Shown here piece by piece: positions 42,311-55,489 of a stretch of DNA of 64,000 nucleotides. The notes under the pieces are model-generated. The model did not search any database and was not told the DNA's origin. It saw only the letters and a program-made list of their open reading frames with translations. The stretch spans positions 186,001 to 250,000 of the forward strand of contig NIVC01000176.1 of NCBI GenBank assembly GCA_002269645.1, in the 5' to 3' direction. The number at the start of each line of letters is the position of its first letter. Within the stretch, counting starts at the first letter, position 1. The translations under genes were made by a program, and so were the position numbers. The stretch comes from Macrostomum lignano (lineage: Eukaryota).

Positions 42311-44727
42311 AGCACCCAAAAGTACCATCTACTGCTTATTATTCCAAAATATTTCAAAGCTGCAATGAAATGTGAAATGCGATCGAGATGGAAAAAGAAT
42401 CAGAACAATGCTGAGACAGCTCCAAAGCAGACAAGTTCACACGGTCTCTAATTGAATTGCCAAAATTGGAAATTGAACGAGCTTTTATGATGCCATCGGA
42501 TACGAGAGTATTGTATAATGCATTATTAGCTAGTCAAAGGAAAGGTTTGCATCAGAAAATGGACCATTTAAACTCTGCAGTAGATGGAGATACATCAAAC
42601 TGTATTCTGCAGCTGCATTGTCGAACAGGAAGACTTGAAATAAAACTTTATGATGTTGCTGCATTCAAAGCTATTGATTAACCCATTAACGGTGCCATTC
42701 CAGCAATTAAAGTGCTTTGTCGCATTAGCTGAATGCATCGATTTTGCTCAAATAAATCTCAAATCCAATTTTATCGCTCACGCCTCATTGCCAAAGGTAT
42801 TAAATATCGTGAGGAAGTAATAACACGAGAGAGAGAGAGAGAGAGAGTACAACTCAGGATGAGGCTGAAACGCACGACCCAGCTATTGGTTGAGCCCAGC
42901 TTCTTTGTTAACTGCCACTTTTCTGAGAATGATGCATTGAGTTGCGACATGAGACTTGATTGAACTCCCCCCATACTCGTTTTGTTGGGAGGAAATCTCA
43001 GAACCTGAGGCTCAACGATTTTCTGCAGCGCTGCGGAGAAGGCAGAAAGAAGGTAGAATAAGCGCGGGATTTCAAATTGAATACCATGGACGTCTAATTG
43101 TAGATTGGTGGATTGGAGAGCAGACAAGCGCTTTACTGATTAGTTTAGGATAAGATTCCAGCTTAATTTCTCAATTACACACCGTAGATAGACAGAATAA
43201 AAGTACATCTTCTTCAATTCAAGGCAATTGCCACAAAGGCTACTAACTTTGGAGGAGGTGGAGGCTAAGCTAGGGGTAGACAGACAGACTGAGGTGGTTG
43301 GGGCAAGGGGGAGAGAAATTGAAGCTAGTCTGGGCAGAGCCAATCACGCACAGGAGGGGGGTGAAGGTCATGCGCAAGCGCGGCTGGCCAATCAGCGGGG
43401 GCGAGTGGGGGGAGAGAAAGACGGGGGTGAGAGGTGAGAATAAGAACTAGTGTACCAGATAGCAAAACAGGGGTGCAGGATAGCTTGCGTTTCCTCTTTA
43501 GTGGGCCATAAGCATTAGCAGAGATAAAGGTCTACTTTGAAAGTCCTGCATAGTAAAATTTACTATTTCAGCTGTAAGTAATACCAAACCATTTTTCCGC
43601 CCGTCAATGGCCACCTGTTGAAGGTCCGGAAGCTTCGTCTGGGTGAAGGGCCAGTGACCAACGAAGTCAGAGCTGATGCAGACACATGTGATCGACGTGC
43701 TGATGAAATTTAGAGGTTTGGCAAGGCTGCACGAAGGTGCAGTGCTGATTGGCGCACAGGGGTGCTTATAGGAAAAATCCGACCTTCTGGCAGAATCGTT
43801 GAATATCACGACGGTCCTAAGGACTGGCTACTTGATTCCTGTTTAAGAAGGTGTGCAACAAAAAGTGAGCCCGCATTCTCGAATTTCATGTGCGTGCGTT
43901 GCTTTGTTTTGGCGCAGCAAAAAACTTTTCGGGGGGTTCTAATCCATGGCATGCCATACGACCAGAAAGGTCCTTGGTGGAATCCACGGCCCCAGTTGGA
44001 GGTTGTGTTGGAGTTAGCCAATCAAGCCTCGCGAGGGGTCCGACCTGGCTTATATAAAACTGCCTATGCTTCTCTTCACACGGGTGACTTCATGTGTCAG
44101 AATTTAGTGGAAAGTAAGAAGAATTGCCTGAATAGAGAAACGTTCATCAAAGCAGCTGTCATTTGGGGCAATGCACCTTTATTAGTAATAAAGCAAGACT
44201 GATAGAGTAATATTGCCGCGAAGACTTCCTGCACCTTGAGACTACCTGGTGAGTTATTGCCAATCAACTAATGCAGCCAGCTGATATAAGAAAATATTGA
44301 ATGACTCACTGGGCTGGTCATTCAGGTAGAGAAGAACCAAAATGCTGCAAGTTTATATTTGTCCTCCCGACCAGACTAAGCATTCCGCTCTGTACAGATA
44401 GAGGGAAATGTTAATTTAGATGCAGAAAATAGAAAGTGCATAGCAAACTATTGGATAACGGAGGGTAAAGGAATCGAAAAGGCCATAAGAGCATAGGAGA
44501 AAGAATAATGTGTATAAAGTCTGGTAGCCACGAGGTTCGTCTTCTTCGTCTTCTATCCGACCTTTGGTCAGAGCTTGCGGATTGTAGTGAATTCTGCAGC
44601 AATGAAAGCTGGGCTGCAGAGATCCACAATTTATAGCGTTGGGTTAAAAACTTTGGTCTAGCGTTTGTGCGCTGCGTACGTTTTATTGTGTTCTACACTT
44701 TGGCGCCATCAGTGGCTTTGCCAGCGC

Positions 44728-44852
44728 TGGTGTGTACATACCTTTAGCTAGCGTTGCTGGTGTGTACATACCTTTAGCTAGCGTTGCTGGTGTGTACATA
44801 CCTTTAGCTAGCGTTGCTGGTGTGTACATACCTTTAGCTAGCGTTGCTGGTG
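44728..44852. repeat. 30-bp minisatellite, ~4 copies
   Basis: gcgttgctggtgtgtacatacctttagcta. Confidence 0.9.
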
Positions 44853-45119
44853 TGTATATACATTCAGAGTTGCAGGACACACCGGTTCCCTTTTGGATAT
44901 TGTTATTTGCGTAATAATTTCTCGATTTCACGGTGGGTCACCTGGGCTGGCGCAGTTGCAGTGAAAACATTTTCAATATTTGCTGTTTGTTGCATTTAAA
45001 CTGGCCTCATTCTGTGTGCGGCAGAATTGCGCAGCCATGGAACAGCAATTGCAGTCGAGTTCTTCTTTTTTACTCATAATTCGTCATATCCAGATCGAAA
45101 AAAGCCGACAACAAGTCCA

Positions 45120-47009
45120 ATGGAGATGAACCAGCAGCAGAACCAGCAGCAACAGCAGCCCCAGAAGGAAGATGAAAAGGAGCCACTCAATTCCGACCCA
45201 GAGGCCGGGACGGCCACGGCTGGTTCGACAAAGAAGGCCTGCAGACAGCCGAGAAAGAGAATCGCCCAGGTGAAGGCCGCTTTCCAGGAGAACTCGATCC
45301 CGGCCTTACGCAAGATGGCCCGGTCAGCTGACGTCTGCCACCGGCTGTTCTGGGCCGTGGTGTTCCTGGCCACATTCACGGGATTCGTCATCCACCTGGT
45401 CTCCATCACCATCCGGTACCAGTCCACCCCGGTGTCCACGGAGACCAGGGTGGAACGCGTTGACCGGATGCCGTCGATCTTGCTCTGTCCGCAGAACTAC
45501 CTCAGCGGCACGCGGATTCGCAGTATGCTGAACGTGCCGAACCCGCGCCTGCGCAACGTCACCTTCGAGATGATCTACAACGAGATCCTGCCAATGTTCT
45601 GGAATTTCATCTACAAGATTCGGGACAACAACGTCGACCGCAAGATGGTTGGCATGAAGATTAAGAACAATTTCCTCTGGTACCTTATCCACATGTGGCG
45701 CGAGCGCGGCCAGATCCAGCACGAGAAGGAGGACGTATTCGTCCACATCGGACTGCAGGACGACGACGAGCCGGCCATGAAAGACCTCGGCACCACCTTT
45801 GACAGTCAGCGGAACCGCTGCTTCTCCTGGGAGCCCCAGGAGCACGTGACCAGCCCGCTGACCGCCGTAATCAACGTACCCGACGGTTGGTACTTCTACG
45901 CTGAGCAGGACGCCTTCGAGCTGGTGTCGGACAGCGGGCTGTGGCTGTACATCTGCTTCAACGAGTCGTTCGGCTGTCACGACAGCATCCGCTACTTCCT
46001 GCGCACCGGACACTACACGAAAATCGACCTGCGCAAGATGGTCGTCTCCCAGCTGCCAGTAGTGGCCGACAATAAGACCAGCTGCATCGCCGAGAACAAG
46101 TTCTACCAGATCAAGGAGGACCTGTTCGTCAGCAGCAGCAGGACGCTCAATGTTGCCTACACCTCGGCGCTGTGCACCGATGTCACCCTGCAGCGGCAGA
46201 TCTACGAGCAATGCGGCTGTCTGAGCGCGCTGCTGCCCACCGAGATCGACCTGTATAACTCGGCCCTGAGCAGCCTGGGCGACACGCGCAACCTCTTCTG
46301 CAACCTGCCCCCGGATGATGCCTTCACGCACCAGCAGTTCCCGCGCGAGTGCCGCGAAGATCCGCGGAACGACACCCTCTGCATGGTGCGCGGACTCGAT
46401 GGCGTCTCGACGATGCCGTTCAGCCAGCTGCTGAAGCACGACGACATCGCCCAGTTCCTTAAGCGCGACGAGTGTCATGACCACGAGTTTCGAAGCCGCG
46501 TGTCCGTCGACAAGTGCCCGAAGGTGTGCCGGCGACAGCAGTTCTCCTCGGTGCACTCCATCGTGCCCTGGCCGGAGTCGCAGCTCTCCAGGAAGCACCC
46601 GAGCACTTTCGCGCGCATATTTGTGAACACAATCAAGCCGTTCTTAGACAAAGCCATTGTCCAGCTCAACAGCACCAGCGTGGGCGCCCGGGTGCTGGAG
46701 ACGATGCGGGCGGCCTTCCTGAAGGGCATGAACTACAGCAACCCGCAGCCCAAGCCGCTGTACGAGGCTGGCCTGGAGTACATGCAGGAGCGGCTGCTGC
46801 TGCTGGAAATTGGCTACGCCTCGGCCGACATGCAGGTGATGTCGGAGTCTGAGGCCTATCCGCTCAAGTCTTTTCTCAGCGACATCGGTGGCATCATGGG
46901 CCTGTGGATCGGCATGGCCATAGTCAGCATTTGCGAGTTCCTGCTCATATTCGGACGGCTCGTGTACTTTGTAGGGCACCAGTGTGCCAGGAGAGGGCCC
47001 AAGACTTGA
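45120..47009 (+). CDS. DEG/ENaC (amiloride-sensitive sodium channel family) subunit, intronless, 629 aa
   Basis: First in-frame ATG at 45120. TM1 RLFWAVVFLATFTGFVIHLVSI; MPSILLCPQN (FPAVTVCN-equivalent); Cys-rich thumb (ALC, CGC, C-PKVC); TM2 FLSDIGGIMGLWIGMAIVSICEF. Confidence 0.93.
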   Translation: MEMNQQQNQQQQQPQKEDEKEPLNSDPEAGTATAGSTKKACRQPRKRIAQVKAAFQENSIPALRKMARSADVCHRLFWAVVFLATFTGFVIHLVSITIRYQSTPVSTETRVERVDRMPSILLCPQNYLSGTRIRSMLNVPNPRLRNVTFEMIYNEILPMFWNFIYKIRDNNVDRKMVGMKIKNNFLWYLIHMWRERGQIQHEKEDVFVHIGLQDDDEPAMKDLGTTFDSQRNRCFSWEPQEHVTSPLTAVINVPDGWYFYAEQDAFELVSDSGLWLYICFNESFGCHDSIRYFLRTGHYTKIDLRKMVVSQLPVVADNKTSCIAENKFYQIKEDLFVSSSRTLNVAYTSALCTDVTLQRQIYEQCGCLSALLPTEIDLYNSALSSLGDTRNLFCNLPPDDAFTHQQFPRECREDPRNDTLCMVRGLDGVSTMPFSQLLKHDDIAQFLKRDECHDHEFRSRVSVDKCPKVCRRQQFSSVHSIVPWPESQLSRKHPSTFARIFVNTIKPFLDKAIVQLNSTSVGARVLETMRAAFLKGMNYSNPQPKPLYEAGLEYMQERLLLLEIGYASADMQVMSESEAYPLKSFLSDIGGIMGLWIGMAIVSICEFLLIFGRLVYFVGHQCARRGPKT

Positions 47010-47016
47010 CACATAC

Positions 47017-47245
<229 letters not shown>

Positions 47246-47589
47246 CGTTTGTGTCCGTCACCTCTATAGCGCCTGTCTTTAGTTTCTTTTTGAAGACTTT
47301 TATGCGAATTATTTTGAATAAATTACTGGCTTACTTAGTCTTCTCTGCGTAATTCATACGGAATTTATACGATTCTATCTGGCAATTTTCTATACCATAA
47401 ATTTACAACCGTGCTGTACATGCGCCACCTCCTCGCTTGCTTGCTGCACCATTGAATTCTTTGATTTTTGAGCATCGCTTTGTGCAGGATGCACTGAACT
47501 GCACTGGCCACAGTATTTGTACTCAATGGGAAAACTCTTGAAGGAGAGCTCACTGCTTAACTTTGAATAGTTTTTGTGATGCTTGTACA

Positions 47590-48112
47590 TTTACTAGCGC
47601 CAAACAGATTCCATCGGCGCCAAGTAGATCCTAGAGGCGCCAAGTAGATCCTAGAGGCGCCAAATAGATCCCAACGGCGCCAAATAGATCCTAGAGGCGT
47701 TAAATAGTTACCATCGGCGCCAAATAGATCCTAGAGGCGTGAGATAGATACTTGAGGTGCCAAAAAGATACTCGAGGCACCAAATAAATCCTACCGGCGC
47801 TAAATAGATCCTAGAAATGCCACATAACTCCCATCGGCGCCAAATAAATCCCATCGGCGCTAAATAGATCCTTGAGGCGCTAAATAGATCCTAGTGGCGC
47901 TAAATAGATCCTAGAGGCGCCAAAAAATATTCGAGGCACCAAATAGATCCCATGATCGGCGCCAAATAGATCCCATGATCGGCGCCAAATAGATCCCATC
48001 GGCGCCAAATAGATCCTATCGGCGCCAAATAGATCCTATCAGCGTTAAATAGATCCTAGAGGCGCCAAATAAGATCCTAGAGGCGCCAAATTGGCACCAT
48101 CGGCGCCAAATA
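47590..48112. repeat. ~20-bp degenerate minisatellite (ggcgccaaatagatcctaga)
   Basis: Direct tandem periodicity. Confidence 0.88.
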
Positions 48113-50207
48113 GGTTTATCCACTTGTCCCCAGAACGCTTGAAAAGTTTTCGCGATAATTTCGGTTTTAAAACCACATCAGTAGATACACTTTATCGATT
48201 GCCTGCAAATATGCTGCTTTATGTAGAAAAAAAGACATTTTAAAAGAGAATTTACATAAGTAATACCGCCATGAGAGATTAATCTGTTATTACTCGTAAT
48301 GGTAATCGTAATGTCAGAAAAATTTTATTGCACTTGACTAAAATGTGAATCGTATTTTTGCTTCGAATTTTACTTTTGCACACAAAATTGTTAGAAAGCA
48401 AAATTTGATATATCTGAGTGTTACATTGCAAAACATTTTCTTTGGACAGAAAATAATGTAAAATAGCTTTTAAACAGCTTAGGTGGATTTTAGCGCAGGA
48501 TATGCAGTGCAGTACATTGGATTGATTATCCCAAAGTTGCAGGATCTGGCGCGATAACTCTGTGATTTATATGCTCCTAAACTGCAATCTTAGTAAAAAT
48601 GCACAGGGACGTGGGTGGCAGGATTTGGGTGGGGGTTAGGCCTCTCGAGGATTTGTAGGGGCAGCCCAATGCATAGCAACTGAAGTGGACGATGCGGGTT
48701 GGGGCATTGGATGCTGGAAAATGAAAGTTCTCGAAAAATCGGTGCATCAAAGGTCTTGGTAACTAACCGCCGCCCACGGATGCCGATATCAGTTCCATGT
48801 AGATTGTGTTCCGGTCACTTGTGGATGATTGAGAGGATATCGGGGATGTTAGCTTGGAGGTATGGGGATTTGAAAGTTTTTTGAGGATGAAAGAGTTTTA
48901 TGAAGATAATGTGAAGTCAATATATGAAGATTACGTCATAAGGATACGAGCGTACTAGATCACTGCCGGCACGGGGTGGGGCATGCAGACTGCAGACTTA
49001 ACAGGCGACCCCCCCACCCCAGCCGCGCAGACAGCGCCCCGCCCAGCCTTCTCCAGCCAATCGGCGCCGCGCAAGGAGAGAAAGTAACGCGCATGGGGCA
49101 GTCAGGGATGGAGGGGTACAGACAGCTAGAAAAAAACGTCCAGCCAATCAGCGCTCAGCAAGAAAGTGCACCAAGAGTGACAAAAGCATTATATGAGGGC
49201 AAGGGTCTTCAGATTGGGTTTCAGGGTCTTCAGATCTTTAGGGTCTTCAGAAAAAGAGTTCAGAACCTGCGAAAATTCGAAAATGAGAGGATATCTGAGT
49301 AACTCATATCGATTGATACAAGTACAAGCGTACCTCAAATGCAATTTCTGACGAAGTTTCGCTCAAATAATCATTCACATAGAGCATTAGCGCTCATATT
49401 TCAGAGCCAACCAGTAATTGCTTATTAACTCTGCTACAATTGAGCCACAGCTCTGCATCGCTTTCTATCTGCAATGGCATATGAGTAAGCGAAATTACAA
49501 GTAAACTAATCATGAGACGTATAGAATTTCTTGGTCATCCAAATGCACCATTTAAATATGCAGACACATTTAAATGGAAGAAGATCGAGGATCCAAAATA
49601 GATCTCAAGTGGGATTGGGTCGAGATTGCGAGTGAATGGTGAAAGCGACAGAGTGAATGGGGGGAGGGAGAAAGGTGGCGAGAGCACTGAACCGAACCAT
49701 AAACTAAACGCTAACCTAAACGTTAACCTAACGATTGTAAACTACTAAATCGTTAGTAGTCACATTGCGAGAGCAATTGAAGAACAGAAAAGGTCACAGC
49801 GAATTAAGTCAACTTGATCTAAGGATATTCGTGAGTAGAAACTCTGGTTTTCTGAACCAACGCCGCAAAAACTGCAGCCACCCACCCAATGGTCAGTTTG
49901 ATTTTTACAGTAAAAGATAAATTATATTACATACAGCAGTATCGCACTCGTACACACGCTTACATAAAGTGTACAGCGGCCCCAGACTTTCTAAATCGTC
50001 AGGCACGTACACTCTCCGTAAACAGTTTGTAGAATTCAGTCAGTGAGCCTCGTGTCACCTGACTCTTGTATTCGATGAGGTTCTCATTTTTATTAAGCCG
50101 CAGAATCTGCAGGGAGGCAGCGCTGAGCAAGTCAATTTTAGCGTGTCAACCGCTGCTGGTCCATCGATTCGGTCTGGGCCTGGCCCAATATTGCCTCAGC
50201 CAGGCTC

Positions 50208-50275
50208 TAGAGGTGACGGACACAAACGGATAGACAGACAGATACACAGACAGACAGACAGACAGACAGGCAGGC

Positions 50276-50324
<49 letters not shown>

Positions 50325-50327
50325 GGC

Positions 50328-50384
<57 letters not shown>

Positions 50385-50387
50385 CTA

Positions 50388-50472
<85 letters not shown>

Positions 50473-50540
50473 CTAAGACAGACAGACAGACAGACACACA
50501 GACAGACACACAGACAGACACACAGACAGACAGACTGACA
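50208..50540. repeat. (AGAC)n microsatellite with unique anchor; inverted copy of 47017-47266
   Basis: tagaggtgacggacacaaacggatagacaga is the reverse complement of 47236-47266. Both copies carry the cactaagac/gtcttagtg variant. Confidence 0.9.
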
Positions 50541-52632
50541 GGTCATGTGCACCAATTTTGATTAAGACTCCATCAAGTCAGTTTTACCGTTTTTTTTTTC
50601 CTGGCCAAAAAAATTTCAGAGGCGCGCAGGTGTTATTCCTGCACAATAAACCTGTGACTGCATTTGCATGGCTCTAAATCAAGTCCGTCAAAGGCTTCAG
50701 GTGTTGCTTCAGGAAGCGAAGTGTTTTTTGCTGTCTGCTAAAAACTATTTATTGCAAGAAGCAAACGCTTCTGTAAATCAGAAAACAACATTTTTCCGCC
50801 GAATTCTCTCTGAAGCAGGTATTCTGATCGTCTTGAGCGGCGCTAAGACGTAAAGTGGAAAAAAGTGTAATAATAACAATGTTGAGGCGGAAGGCCTTTT
50901 TGTTTCAATAGATGGAATGGCAGCGAAGTTTTTTTGCTGCTTTGCGCGTGTATTTATATATTTACAAACAACGCCAGATTGAGGGGCCAAGACAAGGGAG
51001 GTGCGAAACAGGTGGCGTGGCGTGATTGGCTACGCCAACCCCCTCGCTTAGCGAGCCGGCTAGCGCGGTGCGCAACCACCCCCCTTAGCTAGCTAGACAG
51101 AGGTTGGGGGGTTTCCAGTGCGGCTGCACTGGTGCTGCCGGTCGCGTACAGTCTGGCCGCCACAATGTGGTATAAAGTTACATGTACTCGCATTTATTGA
51201 CTTTCTTTTGGGGTAGCTAGGGGCACAAGACAAGAAAGAGAAACGCGCAAGACAGATAAAAGACAGGAAAGAGGAGACAAGAAGATAAGATAAGATAGAG
51301 AGGACAAGAAAAATAGAGGAAAGACAGGACGAGATCTATACAAAACTAGACACCCAGGAGAGACACAGGACAAGAGAGAAGAGACAAAGCAGCACAAGAA
51401 AGAAGGATGAGAAGATGACTGTTATAATCTAGGGGTTCGGATGTTAGCAGTGACATGGAATTCAACGATCAGATCAAGCAGTTTTGTAGATGAATTTCTC
51501 CACAAGGCTCCATATGCCGGATTCCCAACCAGTAGCAGACCCTGAGGCTTAAATCAAACATTTGCTTTGCTATTCCCACTGGATTGAGGCCGGCTATAGT
51601 TACTCGAACATACTCTAAAAGTCTTGGGCGGAGGGTTGGAGCTCGGATGGGAATTAACAGAAACTTTTACTCGATCAAGAACAAGTGGTGCTGACCGGCT
51701 ATTTGCTTAGAGAGAATTTGGGAATCGGCCATGTTTAGTGTGGAGTCGGCTCAGCAGTTCAGTAGTTCATGGGCTCAGCAGTTCAGTAGTTCAGTAGTAG
51801 TTCATGGGCTTTCTATTAGAGGCAGGGGGCTGTGTGCACCCTGGCGCACTTAAGCGACATAGGTCTCATATTCTACCAACGCCCCTGAACAGGCACACTA
51901 CAAGCGCGCGGATACGTACGCAGTCATACGCACAGGCACACACTCACACAGGAGTGTACAGCGGCCCTAACTATATTTATCGTTAAACATGTACACTTCA
52001 CTGTGTTTTGGGGGTTGGCTCTAAATGGCATTAATTGCACGAGCAGAGCCAAGCCGAGATTCCAATTTAGTTCCTATAGTTCATAGGCATAGAAGTTCAA
52101 GAGCTTGTGATTTCATGAGGTCAGGACTGGATGAGTTCATGGGGTTTGTAGACATAAAACTGTGCGCCACAGATTAAACCAGATACTGGAAGCGGTCAGC
52201 ATCAACCCTAGCAGGTCAGATACTCAGTCAGCGTCATCGGATGCTGCACTGTTAAACAGACTGTTGCGTTATTGACTAGCCGAACATCTTGACCCTCGGG
52301 CAACCGTCTGTTCTACGGAACTCTTCTTTCGGAATGCCATCTGCTGGGGCTGCATTCCCCCTCAAGCTTTTACCGCATCGCTCCATCATCAGTTGCCGCC
52401 TTCTATAATAGTCAGACTTCTACTTTTGCCTCTACTACATATTAGCTGAAGAAGACTTTTTTCTCGTCTGAATAATGTAACTGCAGTGTGCATTGCGGAG
52501 AGAGGAGGGCCAGAGAATGTCTGCAGGGCCCAATGTGGCATTCAATATGGATTGAATATTATTTGTGCACTTTTCATGTGTCAGAGACTGTAGATAATGC
52601 TTCGCAAGGTTAAGCACATATCTAGTGAAATT

Positions 52633-52940
52633 GGGGGTTGTAGCCTAGTGGTTAGAGCGGCGGACTCACAACTGGAAGGTCGGGGGTTCGATTCCCGATC
52701 TCACTGGAACAATTTGTGTCCTTGAGCAAGACGCTTAACTCTGCATTGCTTCAGTTCACCCAGCTGTAAAATTGGTGCCAGCATGAGCTGGGGTAATTGA
52801 GGCTGTGTGTGGCGACCCCCCAGTCCTTGGGCTGAACAGCCGTACGCAGCCTTCAGATGCGCCGCGCAATAGCTGCGGCTGAGCTGTCGGTTGCACATCT
52901 GCCCGTTAGGGCAGGTGTAATCGATTATTATTATTATTAT
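52633..52940 (+). mobile_element. tRNA-derived SINE with CORE-like central domain, (ATT)n tail and 10-bp TSD
   Basis: A box TAGCCTAGTGG and B box GGTTCGATTCCC. GTGTCCTTGAGCAAGACGCTTAACTC...CAGCTGTAAAAT resembles the MIR/CORE domain. TAGTGAAATT lies at 52623-52632 and 52941-52950. Confidence 0.9.
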
Positions 52941-53049
52941 TAGTGAAATTAACATAGACTGAATTGACTTTGCATCAGGCTAATGTCAGACTGAACTAAG
53001 AAATAAGCATGTGAATTTAATGAGATAGCCATACATGTACACGATTCTG

Positions 53050-53400
53050 GGTACACATGAAACTGGATACCACACATTAAATTGGATACTACACATGAAA
53101 ACTACAGGAACGACACATGAAACTGGATACTACACATGAAACTGGATACGACACATGAAACTGGATACTACACATGAAACTGGATACTACACATGAAACT
53201 GGATACTATACATGAAACTGGATACTATACATGAAACTGGATACTACACATGAAACTGGATACTACACATGAAACTGAATTCTACACATGAAACTGGATA
53301 CTATACATGAAACTGGATACTATACATGAAACTGGATACTACACATGAAACTGAATTCTACACATGAAAACTACAGGAACGACACATGAAACTGGGTATT
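53050..53400. repeat. 19-bp minisatellite (acacatgaaactggatact)
   Basis: ~17 copies. Confidence 0.9.
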
Positions 53401-54113
53401 AACGCAGACTCTGCATGCCATTTACAAAACTGCATTCCCAAGGTCAGTCATGCCAGAAGCCGCGCACTCATCCAATTAGCATCTCATCTTTAAAAAGTTG
53501 CTTGGCCAGGACTTCTTGGAATTCTCTCCCCTAGAAGAAGCCAGGAAACGTCAACCACCATAGCTTTCAAGCCGCGTCGGGTGTATGTTTTCAGAGCAAA
53601 AAAAGTTTCACTTTTTTTAGGTTTTCTGCTTCTACGAGGTACTTGAAGAAACCGATCTGCAGACTATGACGAAAAAGAATAGCTAGCTAGTTTCGCAGGG
53701 GCGGTCATCATTATTCTTTTCCTATAAAGCTTTACCATTTCTGTTGGCCAATCCCAGCAAAGGCTGATAAGTGCGGACAGCCTAGAAACGCTGGAACATG
53801 ATGGGAATGCAGAAGGATTCACCGTGGCAGGCAGGGGGATGTGAGAGGATTAGCAAAACAGGAATGGAATCGCGGGCTGTGGCTTAGACACGGCAAAGAA
53901 CTATAGAGCTGCATGATCAGCAGAACAGAAAGGATTACAACGCATGTGGGGTTCCTTAAGTACAAACGCCAGGTCAAGATGCCTTCCTTGTAAGCAGCAC
54001 CGGTGGCAATTAAGCCAATTCTCTGCACGGCTTTGCCTGCTTTCCTAATCTGCTTTTCACTTCACCCGACGCGGTTATAATTCATTTTTGATTTCCTCCG
54101 GCCCCAGCCTCTC

Positions 54114-54251
<138 letters not shown>

Positions 54252-54689
54252 TGCATTTTAACGTCATTTACAGTTTACAGTTTAAGAGAACCAGCTTAAG
54301 TCAACCGCTGGCGGTTGTTCTAAACGCATAAACTATCGAATGCTCCACTTTCCAGACCATCTGGTCCTTTCCAACTAGCTAAAGTTCAATTGGCTTAAAA
54401 TTATTCATTCAAGTTTTTAAGTGGCTTGAAATCTTCAGCTAACTTAATCTCTTTTGATTATCTGAAATATTAAGCTCAAGTGAAGTGTAGGTTAGTATCA
54501 AATCGTTAAAAAACCTAAAATAAACAAAAAAAGTAATTTGCGTATTTGAATATTTAAGCTCTTTACAATTCTCGAATCTCTTATTACAGTTTTTACTGCA
54601 TGTAGCTTTGCTATTGGTTTTTCATTGTGTTATTTCTTTTTTTATTAGTTTTTTTTTGCAATAGTTTTTTGTTGTAATAGCTTCCATAG

Positions 54690-55060
54690 TTATTGGTTTT
54701 TGTTTTATTACGATAGTTTTTTAACTTTTTTGGATTTTTGATTTGTTTTATTACGGTCGTTTTTGAATTTTTGATTCGTTTATTAAGATAGTTTTTTTGG
54801 ATTTTTGATTTGTTTCATTATGGTAGTTTTTTTTTGGATTTTTGATTTGTTTTATTTTTATATTTTATTTTTTTTTTATTACGATAGTTAATTTCGTTTT
54901 TTTGAATTTTTGATTTGTTTTATTACGGTAGTTTTTAATTCTTTTGATTTGTTTTATTACGATAGTTTTTTGGATTTTTGATTTGTTTTATTACGGTAGC
55001 TTTTTATTCATTTTTTATTCGTATTTGGTTTTTTTTATTTTGGATTTTTTGTTTGAATAT
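54690..55060. repeat. Degenerate ~33-bp T-rich repeat (tttttggatttttgatttgttttattacgatag)
   Basis: ~10 imperfect copies. Confidence 0.75.
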
Positions 55061-55489
55061 GGTATAGTTTTCTATTACATTAGATTTTCGTTCTAAAAAT
55101 AAATTGTATTGATTTTTTTCTTGTAGTTTAGTAAACATGACCATCCATTCAGTTCTGTGAAGAATATTCGAGTACACCAATACAAAATCAATACAACAAA
55201 AGTGTACCAAGATGACGGATCTTCAGCACGTCCTCGATCCCTGAACCTTTCCGACACCACCAGGCGACATCCATGAAGTATAGACACCCCGTTGCTGCAA
55301 GACAATTCGAGTCCATCGAAGCCGAAAGACTTCAATTCTAATAGAGACGTGGCCTTCGGGTAGCATGCCACTAGGCCACTAGAAATCAGCCATGGTCCTT
55401 TAATGGTCCACACGCACTCGACTTCGCACGGCCGTTGATTACAAAAAATTACTAGCTATAGTTGTCAGCTTAACGACAGTTTAATTATA

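Noticed and set aside
45324-46598. 424-aa antisense ORF over the DEG/ENaC gene
   Set aside because: A typical antisense shadow of GC-rich codon usage with no recognisable motifs.
52633-52705. tRNA gene
   Set aside because: A and B boxes are present, but the sequence continues into a CORE-like body, tail and TSD, so it is a SINE head.
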